Below, in pieces: positions 1 to 12,992 of a stretch of DNA of 64,000 nucleotides. Source of the stretch: Felis catus (lineage: Eukaryota). A program made the translations under genes and the position numbers. The stretch is taken from positions 216,072,001-216,136,000 of the forward strand of contig NC_058368.1 of the NCBI RefSeq assembly GCF_018350175.1, written 5' to 3'. Under the pieces are notes generated by a model. It was not told where the DNA came from and made no database searches. It saw nothing but the letters and a program-made list of their open reading frames with translations. Each line of letters opens with the position of its first letter. The stretch's first letter is position 1.

Positions 1-855
1 CCATTTTTAATTGGATTATTTGGGTTTTTGGTGTTGAGTTGTATCAGTTCTTTATATATTTCGAAATATTTCTTTTAATGTTTATTTTTGAAAGAGATAG
101 AGAGAGAGCATGAGCAAGTGAGGGTCAGAGAGAGAGAGAGAGACACAGAATCTGAAGCAGGGTCCAGGATCTGAGTTGTCAGCACAGAGCCCAACACGGG
201 CTCCAACCCATGAACCCTGAGATTATGACCTGAGCCAAAGTCAGGCACTCAACCGACTGAGCCACCCAGGCTCCTCTATTCTTTATATATTTTGGATATG
301 AATTTCTATTGGATGTGTCATTTCAAATATCTTCTCCTATTCAGTAGATTGTCTTTTTGTTTTGTTGATTCCTTTGCATTGCAGAGGCATTTTTTTTCTT
401 TTTGATGTAGTTTCAATAGTTCATTTTACTTGTTTATTTTGCCTTAGTAGACATATCTAGAAAAATATTGCTATGGGCAATGTCAGAGTGATTTTTACCT
501 ATGCTCTCTTCTAGGATTTTTATGGTTTCAAGTTTTACATTTAGGTCTTTAAACCATTTTGAGTTTGTCTTCATTTATGATGTAAGAAAGTGGTTCAATA
601 TCAGTCGTTTGCATGTAACTGCCCAGTTTTCCCAACACCATTTGTTGAAGAGACTGTTTTTTTGCCATTGTGTATGCTCCCTTTGTCCAAGATTAATTGA
701 ACATATAATCATGGGTTTATTTCTGGGCTCTCCATCCAGTTCTTTGTATCTATATTTGTGCAACTATCATACTGCTTTGATTACTACAGTTTCGTAATAT
801 ATTTTAAAATCTGGGATTGTGACACCTTAAGTTTTGTTCTTCCTTTTCAAGACTG
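1..855 (-). mobile_element. LINE-1 ORF2 3' region fragment (degraded), continues beyond the left edge
   Basis: Minus strand encodes L1 ORF2 motifs ([19 protein letters not shown] 575-763). Interrupted by a SINE. Confidence 0.9.
61..278 (-). mobile_element. Can-SINE inserted in L1
   Basis: SINE body with (CT)n and tail; TSD ttctttatatatt at 48-60 and 279-291. Confidence 0.9.
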
Positions 856-1158
856 AAACTGTAACTAATATAATACTGTATGTTAATTACAATGGAATTA
901 AAAAATTTTTAAAAATCGATTTAAATTAAGAAAATAAAAAATAAAAAGCTTCTTCACCTCAAAGGAAACAATCAACATAGAAAAAGGAAGAAATAATTTG
1001 CATACCATAAATACAATAATGAATTAATATCTAAAATATAAAATGAACTCCTAAAACTCCATAGTGAAGAGACAGCACCATTTTATTGGTAAGAAAAAGG
1101 CAAGTATAGACATTTTCCAAAGAAAGACATATGACAGCTGCATGAAATCTGCTCAAAA
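856..1158 (+). mobile_element. Short L1 3' end plus older L1 ORF2 remnant
   Basis: taatataatactgtatgttaattac resembles an L1 3' terminus. aaagcttcttcacctcaaaggaaacaatcaac and gacattttccaaagaaagacat resemble ORF2 C-terminal sequence. Confidence 0.6.
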
Positions 1159-1963
1159 GTTAAGGACCAGATGACTTTATAACTGAATTCTACCAAATAG
1201 TTAATACCTTTTGTTCTCAAACCATTTCAAAAAATAGAAGAGAAGGAAAGCTTTCAAATTCAGTCTATGAGGCCAGGAGTACCCTGATACCAAAACCATA
1301 TATAGACATTACAAGAAAGAGAACTACAGGGCAAGATTTCTGATAAACATAAATGCAAAAATTCTCAACAAAATATTAGCAAACAAAATCCAATGCTGTA
1401 TTAAAAAAATTATTCACCACAATCAAGTTGGATTTATTCCTGGGATTAAAGGTGGTTCACTATTCACAAATCAATCAATATGGCACATCACATCAACAAG
1501 AGAAAGGATAAAAACCTTGTGATCACTTCAATAGGAGCAGAAAAAGCATTTGACAAAGTAAAACATCCATTCATGATAAAAGCCTTCCACAAAGTAGGTT
1601 TAGAGGGAGCATACCTCAACATAATGAAGGCCTTATATGAAAAAACCACAGCTAACATCATACTCATTGGGGAAAACCTGAAAGCTTTTCCCCTAAGAAC
1701 AGTAATAAGCAAGGATGTCCACTCTCACCACTTTTATTCATCATAGTACTGGAAGTCCTGGCTGCAGCAATCAGAGAAGAGAAAGAAAAAGAAAAAGCCA
1801 TTTGAATTGGGAAGGAAGAAGTATAACTTTCACTATTTGCAGAAGACATGATACTATATACAGGAAATCCTAAAGATTCCACTGAAAAAAATACTAGAAT
1901 GGATAAATGAATTCAGTAAGGTCACAGGATGCAAAATCAATATACAGAAATCTTTAGCATTTC

Positions 1964-2167
1964 TTTTTTTTCAATTTTATTTATTTATTTTGAGAAAGAG
2001 CGTGCAATCAGTGGAGGGGCAGAGAGAGATAAGGAGAGAGAATCTCAAGCAGGCTCCATGCAATCAGTGCAGAGCCCAATGTGGGGCACAGTCCACAAAC
2101 CATGAGATCATGACCTGAGCCAAAATCAAGAGTCTGACATTCAACCAACTGAGCCACCCAGGTGCCC
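1964..2167 (-). mobile_element. Can-SINE inserted in L1
   Basis: SINE body; TSD cagaaatcttt(a/t)gcattt. Confidence 0.9.
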
Positions 2168-2217
2168 AGAAATCTTTTGCATTTCTATACACTAATAATG
2201 AAATGGCAGAAAGAGGA

Positions 2218-2221
<4 letters not shown>

Positions 2222-2275
<54 letters not shown>

Positions 2276-2305
2276 ATATATATATATACACACACATATA
2301 TATAT
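2222..2305. repeat. Compound (TA)n/(TG)n/(CA)n microsatellite
   Basis: Directly visible. Confidence 0.95.
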
Positions 2306-2823
2306 GTCCCATTTATAATTACACCAAAAGTAATAAAATCCCTAGAAATAAACTTAGCCAAGAAAGTGAAAGACCTATACTCTGAAAACTATAAAACACT
2401 GAGGAAAGAAATTGCAGATGGCACAATGAATGGAAAGATAGTCCATGCTTATGTTTTAGGACTAATATTGTTAAATGTCCATATTGCTTAAAGATATCTA
2501 CAGATTTAATGCAAATCCTATCCAAATGCCAATAGCATTTTTCATGGAACTAGAACAAATAATCCTAAAATTTTTATGGAACCACAAAGTCCTCAAGTAG
2601 CCAAGCAACCTTAAAATAGATGTACTAGCATTTAAAGAGAAAAGACTTTCACAAGAAAGAAGTCAGATCTCTTGGTATACTATGGCATGTCTGGAGTCTT
2701 AAAAATGAAAATAAATTGGTAAAAATATAAGGGAGAAATAAGTCTGGAGTAAAGAAGAAATTTTAGAGTTTTAAATGGATATTCTTTATGTCATAGCAGA
2801 AGAATTATAAGCAAAGAGTAGAG

Positions 2824-2993
2824 AAAGATTAGTGAAAAGGCAATGGAAGAATGTTTCTAATTTCCAATAAATTTCCATAAAACCAACTTTCCCACTGCAA
2901 AAAATAAAAAGATTAGTGAAAATGCAATGGAAGAATGTTTCTAATTTCCAATAAATTTCCATAAAACCAACTTTCCCACTGCAAAAAATAAAA
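2824..2993. repeat. Tandem duplication, 84-bp period, 2 copies
   Basis: gattagtgaaaa..gcaaaaaataaaa starts at 2827 and 2911; one mismatch. Confidence 0.95.
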
Positions 2994-3616
2994 CTAAAAT
3001 GATTTGATAAAAATAGTTAATATATTCTACAGATGATAAACTAATAGAAAGGAATTCTCATACTACCATTAATTTATATACAATATAGAAAGTCTTTGTG
3101 GTCATAAGGGTGTACTAATCTTGTCATTTTGCCTTCCCCCCCCCGCCAAAAAAAAAAAAAAAAAAGAAAACTAAACTGAAAAATAAAGTCAAACAACCCC
3201 ATGGTACAAATAATCTAAGAGAAGACATCACTTATAATGAGATAAAAATGGGTAAATTCTAATCCAGCCTTCACAATATTTGCTGTTTGTGTTATTATTA
3301 TTAAGGATTAGGGATGTAAGAATAATACATCAATACTTTGAAGTTGATCTAAGTTGTTCCTTTCATAGCTTTTTTTAAAGATACTTGTTAGCAAAGATAA
3401 TTTTTTTAAAGGAAATTGGCCTCTTTATTGTTAAGTTTTAAATTATTTTATGTTTTTAAAGTGCTTTATCTATGCTTGTGTCAGTGATGACCAGGTGAGC
3501 AAGAAAGAAATGGCATCATGAACAGAACCAGCAGATACAGAGGACAGCAGACTCACTCACAAAAACTGCAGATATTGTAATTACTCAAGAAACAACTTAA
3601 AGCAAAAATCCTTATT

Positions 3617-3850
3617 GAATTAGTTTGCTAGGGCTACCATAATGAAATATCATAGGGGGAGGTGACTTAAAAACAGACATTTATTCACTCACGCTTTTAG
3701 AGCGAAAAATCCAAAATCAAGGTGCTGGTAGTGTTAGTTGCCTCTGATGTCTCTCTCCTTGGCTTGCAGATGCCTGTCTTTTGCTGTGTCTTCACGTGGA
3801 TTTTCCGTGTGTGTGCACACTTGTGGTGTCAATCTCCTTCTTTTAAAGTT
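3617..3850 (-). mobile_element. MaLR LTR (MLT1-like) fragment
   Basis: ttagtttgctagggctaccataa...ttaaaaacagacatttatt...aaatccaaaatcaaggtgctgg...ggcttgcagatg is typical of MLT1. Confidence 0.8.
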
Positions 3851-4025
3851 ACCAGTTGCTTTTATGAAGCAACAGCTATTCAGACTTCCTTACAAACTTC
3901 TGGCTTGAAGGCTCATCCTTGTTGTCTTTTTGAATGTATATATTGATATGTTGGAGTTTAAAAATTCTCCATTTTCTTTACTATTATTTCTTCTCCATTC
4001 TTTATGTCTCCATTTAAATTTATTT

Positions 4026-4239
4026 TATTTTATTTTATTTCATATTAAAAATATTTATTTATTTTTGAGAAACAGAGAGAGTGCAAACTGGGGAGGGGCC
4101 GAGAGAGAGGGAGACAGAGGATCCTAAGCCAGCTCTGCACTGACAGCAGAGAGTCTGATGCGGGGCTCAAACTCAGGAATCATGAGATCATGACCTGAGC
4201 CAAAGCCAGACACTTAAACAACTGAGCCACCTAGGTGCC
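4026..4239 (-). mobile_element. Can-SINE
   Basis: SINE body; TSD catttaaatttattt. Confidence 0.9.
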
Positions 4240-5227
4240 CATTTAAATTTATTTCAAGTATGGTATTGTAATTTCTAGTTCTCTTACAGTCTTTCATTTT
4301 TTTCTCTTTTGTGTCTTATACTTTATTTTATACATTATTTTCATAATGACATCTGCACTATATTTTAGTTTATTATTTTTTTTCATTTGTGTTTAACCAC
4401 TTTCAATATTCATCTTTGAATTTGAAAGTTTTGTGCTATGAATTTCAGTTCTAGCATTGCTTGTCTGTGTGTGCATGTATGTGTGTATGTGTGTGTGTTT
4501 AATCTGCTATAACTGAATTTGGAAAAGGTTAGATCTCTGAGAAATACTTTAACAATCATTGTACATTTTAAATATAGTAAATAAGTACCTTGTTAGTTCA
4601 GTGACTGCCTCTTTAGGAGTATGGGACCAGTTGGTGTCCATATATTTTTACCCTCTGTGTCATTCTAGCCTAGGGACCACTAGTGGAACCCTCAGAAGTT
4701 AACTCCTATCTTTGGAGCTTACTTAGTGGAAACCAGTAGTGTAATAATATTGAGGGAGTATCCGGGGTCTTAATAGGTTTTAGAATGACATTTTAACTCT
4801 GGTAACTACTTCCTTGGTATCGGTGGCCCTGATAAGAGGGAAAGTAATCCCTGGCAATAATCTCATTGAAGTTATACTATCTGCCTAAATTTAGTCTTAC
4901 TTTTGTGTATTTATTTCCTGAATTTGGCCTAAATTACTATATTACTTTTTCTCATTTTCATTATTGTACAGTTTCTTTACCTTCCAAATACAGATGTGTA
5001 TATAAAATGTAAAAACAAGGAATTCATTAAAACCAATATTAATAATTACTGTGTAAATAAAACTTGTAAGCAGAGTTAAAAAATAATAAATATAGTAAGT
5101 ACCATTGGACTGATGCAATATATTTTTTAAGATTATTATCTTAATGTTCAGAGAGGTTTTCAAAAGAACAACTCAGGGCCGTAACTCCTATTTCAGTGAT
5201 GAAAATGTCCTTAGAAAGGGCTTTTTA

Positions 5228-5431
5228 GGGGCGCCTGGGTGGCGCAGTCGGTTAAGCGTCCGACTTCAGCCAGGTCACGATCTCGCGGTCCGTGAGTTCG
5301 AGCCCCGCATCAGGCTCTGGGCTGATGGCTCAGAGCCTGGAGCCTGTTTCCGATCCTGTGTCTCCCTCTCTCTCTGCCCCTCCCCTGCTCATGCTCTGTC
5401 TCTCTCTGTCCCAAAAATAAATAAACGTTGA

Positions 5432-5463
<32 letters not shown>

Positions 5464-5467
5464 AAAA
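5228..5467 (+). mobile_element. Young felid SINE (SINEC_Fc) with long poly(A)
   Basis: Near-consensus, CpG-rich; about 37-nt A tail; perfect TSD agaaagggcttttta at 5213-5227 and 5468-5482. Confidence 0.96.
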
Positions 5468-5689
5468 AGAAAGGGCTTTTTAAGCCTGAGAGTTCTTATC
5501 TTGATGCTGGACTGATATTTCCTCATTGTCTTGTTGACTCTGATAATATTCTAAATGATCTTTTAAACTTATACCTTACCTTTTTAATTGTCATTGTGGC
5601 AAAAATGATCCAGGCTAGTTTTCATAAAAACAAACAAGACAAAATAACAACAAAAAACAATTCTTAAGAGTCTAGTATATACTCAGTAA

Positions 5690-5865
5690 ATGTTATGAGA
5701 TGAATTTTCTTCCCTCCAAATTACTAAGTTGAAGCTTTAAACCCCAGTGACTCAGAATGTGAGGCACTGTATTTACATATAGAACCATTAAAAAGTTAAT
5801 TCAGTTAAAATTAGACCATTAGGGTGGACCCCAATTCAATTTGACTGGCAACTGTGTAAGAAGAT
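5690..5865 (+). mobile_element. MaLR LTR (MLT1-like) 5' fragment
   Basis: tgttatgagatgaatt...gttgaagctttaaaccccagt...ttagggtggaccccaattcaatttgactgg. Confidence 0.65.
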
Positions 5866-6700
5866 CTCAAAAGCAGCAGGAGAAAAATGACTTCATGTAC
5901 AAAGGATTCTAAAGAAGAGTAAAAGATTATTTTTCATAAGAAATCATGGGAGCCAGAGGCAACAGGATGTCCTATTTAAAATATGAAAGAAAAAGATGAA
6001 CAACCAAGAATCATATATTCAGGTACACTATCCTTCAAAAGTGAAGGAAAGGGGTGCCTGGTGGCTCAGTCGGTTAAGTGTCCGAGTTCAGCTCAGGTCA
6101 AGGTCTCGTGGTTTGTGAGGTCAAGCTCCAAGTCGGCCTCTGTGCTGATGGCTCAGAGCCTGGAGCCTGCTTCAGATTCCGTGTCTCCCTCTCTCTGTGC
6201 CCCACTCACGCTCTGTCTCTGTCTCTCTGTCTCTCAAAGATAAATAAACATTAAAAATAATTTAACTGAAGGAAAAATTCAGGCCAATAGAACAGAGACA
6301 GAAATATTTGTCACTACCCAAACAGACCAATGAGAAATATTAAGTGAGGTTTTCAGGATGAAAGGACATTATTAGCATCTTGTATCCACAAAAATAAAGA
6401 GCACAGGCAACAATAATGACATATGCAATTTGAAATGCAGAACAAATGTGTTTCTAACTCTTTTCTTCTCCTATGTAATCCAAAAAATAACAGCATAAGG
6501 AAATGTTGTAACGTGGTCTTATTGGACTTCTAAATAAATATATAATTTGCATGGTAATAATACTACGAAGGAGAAAGTGGGGTAGTAATGAAACAATTTG
6601 TTTGTACCATTAAAATTAAGTTAAAATTAACTCAAACCAGACATTTTTTAAATTAATATACTAATTATAATCCAGAGAAATTACTAAAAAAGTTACTAAA
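5866..6700 (+). mobile_element. Old L1 ORF1 C-terminus and inter-ORF remnant
   Basis: QPRIIYSGTLSFKSEG resembles the L1 ORF1p motif PRILYPAKLSFKxEG; split by a SINE. Confidence 0.7.
6051..6266 (+). mobile_element. Can-SINE
   Basis: SINE body; TSD tgaaggaaa. Confidence 0.92.
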
Positions 6701-7105
6701 AAGAGGTTGCTTTCCTTGTCTTTTTGTAAAATATATAATAAGAATTATTAAATAATATCTGTAATAAGAATAAGAATAAGTAAGAATATCTATAACTAAA
6801 TAATAAGAATATAACTACTAAATCAGTTAGTATTTTAGCATTTTTCGAAGCATTAGTTCAATCTATTATCCTTCATGCCTTTGATCTGAACAATAAAAAA
6901 ATAATTTCTGTAGTTTCCAGCAACTTTCCACTGACCTAAACCATTAACAAATTTTAAAACTTAGTTGTGTCAGATTTATGATTTGTAAATTTATGATTTA
7001 TAATTGTAAAATTTCCTGACTCCATTTCTTTGCAGATATTTAATTAATTTGTAGTCTATCTGTGTAACTCCATTGTTGTTTATTAAAATGTTTTTACTCT
7101 TTTCA

Positions 7106-7305
7106 GGGATCCTGGGTGGCTCAGTTGGTTAAGTGTCTGATGTCCATTCAGGTCATGACTCACTGTCCTTGAGTTCAAACTCTGTGGGCTTGTTGGGCTC
7201 TGTGCTGACAGCTCAGAGCCTGGAGCCTGCTTTGGAATCTGTGTCTCCCTTGCTGTCTGCCCCTCCCCCCAACCCCCTGAAGAATAAACATTAAAGATTT
7301 TTTTA
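7106..7305 (+). mobile_element. Can-SINE
   Basis: tRNA-like head and SINE body. Confidence 0.88.
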
Positions 7306-7365
7306 ATGTTTTTAATTTTTTCTTTTTGCAATAAGTTTCATTCATTTTTCCAATTCATTCACAAT

Positions 7366-7581
7366 TATTTAAGTTTATTTATTTATCTTGAGAGAAAGAG
7401 AGAGGAAGAATGGGGCAGAGCAGAGACAGAGAGAGAGAGAGAGAGAGTGAGACTCCTAAGCAGGCTCTGTGCTATCAGCCCAGAGCCCACCACAGGGACT
7501 GATCTCATGCAGTGTGAGCTCATGACCTAAGCCAAAATCAAGAGCTAGATGCTTAACTGACTGAACCACCCAGGCATCCCT
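7366..7581 (-). mobile_element. Can-SINE
   Basis: SINE body with (AG)n. Confidence 0.88.
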
Positions 7582-9218
7582 CCAATTAATTCATATTAAA
7601 ATCTCTCCTTTTCTCTTAAATCAGTACTCATGTGGACATTTTCAATCAATACTGTTGAGTCCTTTTTGAAATGTATTTTCTGAAATTCTAGGGCACAAAT
7701 TTGATTATTTTAAACATTACTTTTGCTTATAATTTTATTTTAAATCATCTTTTAGATACACCTTTTTAATCAAATCAAAAACCACATAAAATTATCTGCC
7801 TTATGCTTTTTGCTGTGTAACATATCAACACAAAAATACATAAAATGCATTGATTTTAGCAGAATTAAACATCAAGGAAATAATTGAAATTACTTAATAT
7901 GACATGTGATTAAAATGAAATTATTTTTATGTATTTTAGTACAAAAGAAGTCACTTTATTTTGTACATTTCTATACTATGGTTTTAGCAAGTGTGTTTCT
8001 TTAACCTTTTAATGATTTTAGTGTATGCTATCATGGAAAATATACAGATTCCAATAAAACAAATTTCTTTTCTCAAGAAATATTTTTTCTCAATAAGAAA
8101 AAAAATATTTTATCTTTTCTATAGCCTTTATATATCACCATTTATTTATCATTTAAAATTTTGATTTGGGAAATAGGTCACATCAAAACCCAGAGGATTT
8201 CCCTTTAAGAAATAGTTTTCTTTTAAGAAGATACAAGTCTTAATGAAGAGAATCAAAATGTCTTGGTCTTTGTAAGCAGTCTATTACAGATTTATCAGTT
8301 CATTATCTTCCTAATTTCCCCATTTATAAATCTGAGACATCTGATTAACTCTCTGGTGCTATTTAAAGTAACACCCATGTATGATGTATCAAATACATTG
8401 AGGACATATTAAGATTATTTCGCTAATTTAATAAATGATACTGGTGTGTTCCACCCTCCTGAAGAAAATAAAGCATGAGAGTGGAACTCACCAAGTGGAA
8501 ACAGATGGTCAACTTTAGAGTAAGAAACAAATTCTACTTTGTCTCTGTCATGATTCTTCTTGGTTACATTTTGCTGTAATGATGATTTCCCCACCTAGGA
8601 AAATACAAAGTGGTAATTTTTTTATCAGAATTATTTATAACAAAGTTATTTATAAAAATTTATAAAATAGTTAAAATTAATATATAGGTTATTTAGCTTT
8701 ATATTAGTTATTCAGCATGTGCACAGAATTTTTCTAAATATTGAGGAAAGTATTGTATAAAACAGTATTTCTGTCTTCCTAGAGAATGTAATCTAATTAG
8801 GCAGGCAAATTTACCCGTGGGCAATGCTTAAATAAGCCTACAGGGCATTACCCAGTACTAAATGACAGACCCCAAGTACTGTGAAATATCAGATAAGAAA
8901 GAAATCAAAGTAAATTCTTTCACTGATTTTTTTCCCTTTTATCAGTCATTTTTGTATTAGTGCATTCATTCATTCAGTTAATATCAGAATTTCAGTCATT
9001 CAAAATAATATTTGTGGAGTAAATACCAGGAATCTATGCATTCATCTATTTTTCAACCGATGATAAAACTTTGTATTTCAGTAACTGTGCTAGATGCTGA
9101 TAGAACAAGGGTAATTCTAATTCAGCTCTATCACTTGAGATCATTGGAGCCCCTGTAAGTAAAGAATTTATAGCAATGTGATAAGTTACCATCAGGACAG
9201 CCGAGTGATAAATTGTAT

Positions 9219-9233
9219 TTGTGTGTGTGCAGT

Positions 9234-9271
<38 letters not shown>

Positions 9272-9289
9272 CCCGCGTGTGCGCGTGCG
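9219..9289. repeat. (TG)n/(CG)n alternating purine-pyrimidine tract
   Basis: Directly visible. Confidence 0.9.
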
Positions 9290-10344
9290 ATTTGGTCGGA
9301 GGTCCAAATCTGAAAACTGTTCCCAGTTGAGTGCTGTTTGCACTCAACGCTTATTTTGGGATTCTATGTAAGATTATGGAGTCTACATAGGAGTAAGGGT
9401 AAAAGGATTCTTAAGAAGAGAAGGCAAAATGATTTAAAAAAATAGGAAAAAAAGTGTGTCACTAACATCATGAAAGGGAAAGGTCTCAACCATGGAATTT
9501 AAAACAATGTCAAATGGTGAACAAAGTTCCAATGAGAAGAGTATTTGAAAGCTCTCCTTTGCTTTTGTTGTTATTGTTGTTTAACTTGACAATTAGTTTA
9601 GGTTTAGTTTCAAAATAGTGAACTAGACAGTAATGGGTTAAATACATATGATGGGTAAGGAAATGGGGGCAGAGAGCATATTCTATTTTACTTTTTTTAG
9701 CGAATGTGGCTACATATGCCTAGAGAGATACAGGCAATTAAACAATATAAGGAGGCTTGAGGGCATACAATGAAAAAATTAATGTTTTAAATTTTTATTT
9801 ACTTATTTAAGTTTACGTAAGATTCTGGTTACTGTTGTATTTTGAGTGTGTCACTGGCTTTACCATATTAATAGTTTAGGATACAAACATAATCTTAAAA
9901 AAAGAGAAACACTGAATTAAGGAGAAGAATTAATGGATCAACATGTTAATAAAGATATGAAGAGATAATATCTGAAGAACTGGTAGAAGAAATAAATTGT
10001 TTCTGGTATGTTAGTCACATTCCCAGTCTAATGAGCTGCAGAAAGAGGGCTGTAGTTGGGAATCTTCGATCCTCTGGGATAACAATATTTGTTATACTGA
10101 AAATGTAAGTAGATGATATAGATGGATGGATACTATTTATATATAACAGGGATAATGATTCTGGGTTTAATCAAAGAGAAAAATCATAAGCAAAGTTGTG
10201 AAACTGAGACTGAGGACAGTATAATGAAATTCTCAGAATATACTACCTTCATGCAAGAGAATCACAAGGTTAAGTTTAAATGGCATATTTGAGATACTTG
10301 GAATATATGATAAGGTCCTTGAACATTTTAGTTTATTTTAAGTT

Positions 10345-10517
10345 TAAAAATTTTTTTTCATGTATAATTATTTCTGAGACAGAGAGAGACAGAGCACGAG
10401 TGGGGGAGGGGCAGAGAGAGAGGGAGACACAGAATCAGAAGCAGGCTCCAGGCTGCGAGCTGTCAGCACAGAACCTGACGCGGGGCTCGAAATCATGAAC
10501 TGCGAGATCATGACCTG
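10345..10517 (-). mobile_element. Can-SINE, head truncated
   Basis: Body ends abruptly at gagatcatgacctga. Confidence 0.88.
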
Positions 10518-12448
10518 ATAGTTTGAGAAAATTTGGTCTGATTGGTCTGATTAAAAGAGTCAAGAATGATTTTAAGTAATATTACAAGCATCTTAATTTT
10601 TTAACTGTCCAAAGAGATCATATGCTACAACAAGAGAACAAAGGATAGACACAAATTATAATGGATAAAATGTTAATGAGAAAAAGAAAACAATAATAAA
10701 AGAAAGTGAATCCCACAGAAAAGTATTTAAATATGTATATGCCATGTGGGGCTCCTTCTGGACAGTAAAGAGTCTAGTTTCACTAACTGACTTCACTTTA
10801 TTAGGAGTGTGGTGTAGTACTTTGCCAATGTTACCATTTAATCCATATGAATAATTTATCATTTTAAATGACATGTTTATTTATGATCTATAATATTTTA
10901 AAATTCATAAATAATAGGCATTCATGAATTGAAATTCAATTATTTAAAAAATGGCTATCCTAAATGCTCTCTAATGCATTCTTAATGTATTGCTAGTCAA
11001 TAATTTTAAGTAAATAGCTTTATAATTTTATTTTGTAATGAAAGTTTATATTTCAATTTTATATCCAATCTATGTTTACTAACGTAAAGAAATAAGTTAT
11101 TCAAGAATATTGATGTGCTGTCTCAAATGTTTATATAAATGAACTCATGACAAAAATTCTTCCCAAGTATTTTCAATTGGATTTTGGTTAAAGATAGTCT
11201 AAAACAGATATTAAATTAAGATACAGTTGTATTAAGATTTGATTAGTTATATTTAAATTGAAATTCTGTGGCTTTCCTGAATAAAATGAGTCGTTCTATT
11301 TCTTGCCATAAATTTCTGTATAATTTACATATCAGACATATTACTGTACAAAGTCAAGTCAAAAGAATGCATACAATATTAACATCCCTAATAATTAAAA
11401 TATAAATACAAATTATTATTATTAAAAAACTGGAGAAGGAACAAAATGTCAGCTTTATTTCACGTATATATCTGAAAATGTCTCTTTCAATATATGTCAC
11501 TCAATCCTATTTCTACTGTTACCAAGGAATACAAATGTCAAACAGGTGAAATAATATGAGGAATATAAAGGAAAATGAGCCAAATTCAATAGAAAGCCTC
11601 AGTAAAGTGGAAATAAATTATGTTTTATACGACATAATTTAATCTCCCCTCTAGAATAAAGCTGCTGATTGCTCCTACTTCATGCTGTTATTTTCCCCCA
11701 AATCCATCCTAGGCGGTACCTAAGTTAACTTTCCACATTTAAACATGTTGAATTTCTTCCTGGAGACGGTTGTCCAATAAGCTTTTATCAATCATTTAAT
11801 AACATACAAACACCCACAGAAAACTAAATATTTGTAAACAGGAAGTAATAAAATTTCTGCTACTTTACAATATATATTTTAAGATACGTCTATTATAAAA
11901 TTTCTAGTGGATAGGTTTACAGTAGGTAGTATATATGCATACATACCTATATATTCACATCCCTAAATTATAATATGTTTACATACAGATTATATAGATG
12001 CGTATAGGCTTAGGAAAAAGCAAATTCTCACAGTATATGTTTCTTTTTTACCATACAGATATTTATCTTCTTTAAAGCTAAATGCAGCGCAAAAAAAAGC
12101 TGTCTAGTGTATCCAGAGTTGAAAGAATCGTAACAGATTTATATATTATTTTATAAAAAATGCAAGTTTCATATTGATTTACTTTTAGTGTGAAAAGAGA
12201 TACAACAAGCAATTGTGCTTTAGTATGCTACCAATCTTGCTCTTCTAATAGAAAGTGTGAAAAATAGAAAAGAAAATTAATAGTTTCTTAGTATTAAGGA
12301 ATCAGATTCTCTCGGAATAACATATAGAGGGAAAATGGATCCAATGCAGATTCATTTCTTTCAGTTTCATGGACTATTGTATGGAATGAGCACCCGGAAT
12401 CTCTGAAAAAAACATTCTTCTCTTCGTTCTCTTTGTTTAAATCGTAAT

Positions 12449-12657
12449 TTTTTTTTAAAGTTTAATTATTTTGAGAGAGACAGAGACAGTGCAAGTGGGG
12501 AAGGGGCAGAGAGGGAGGGAGAGACGGAATCCCAAGCAGGCTCCGCGCTGTCAGTGCAGAGCCTGATGTGGGACTTGAACCCACGAAACTGTGAGATCAT
12601 GACCTGAGATGAAATCAAGAGTTGGATGCTTAACAGACTGAGCCACCCAGGCACCCC
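12449..12657 (-). mobile_element. Can-SINE
   Basis: SINE body; TSD ttaaatc(g/a)taat. Confidence 0.9.
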
Positions 12658-12899
12658 TTAAATCATAATGATTAAACCAAATTGTTATGTAAAACTAATG
12701 GTGCGGTGAGAAGTGAGCAGTGCATTATTCAGTAGTGTATCAGCTCAGATTAAAGGAACCAGTTATCAAAATGATTGGATTACAAGAAACTAGACCAGGA
12801 TGAATAAGAAAATTTGCTCATGTTTCATAAACTATAATCACATATTTAGTGCTTTTTGTTAGAATCATGAACCCAACAATAAGAAATACAGTATAACCA

Positions 12900-12992
12900 G
12901 GGGCACCTGAGTGGCTCAGTCATTTGAGAGTCTGACTCTTGGCTTCTGCTCAGGTCTTCTCTCTGTTTCTCTAAAATAAAAAATAAAAAAAA
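12900..12992 (+). mobile_element. Internally deleted Can-SINE
   Basis: Head joined directly to CT region and tail; TSD aaataca(g/t)tataacca. Confidence 0.85.

Larger units (their letters stand above)
1160..2612 (+). mobile_element. LINE-1 ORF2 reverse transcriptase region (degraded)
   Basis: Motifs GPD..EFYQ, EKAFDKVKHPFMIK (ORF 1480-1746), LFAEDMILY (FADD box), VKDLYSENYKTL. Contains stops and frameshifts. Confidence 0.93.

Noticed and set aside
5144..5431. Recurring ORF family (GAPGWRSRLSVRLQPG..., AQSVK.PTSAQV...) at many loci
   Set aside because: These are translations of Can-SINE copies, not a gene family.
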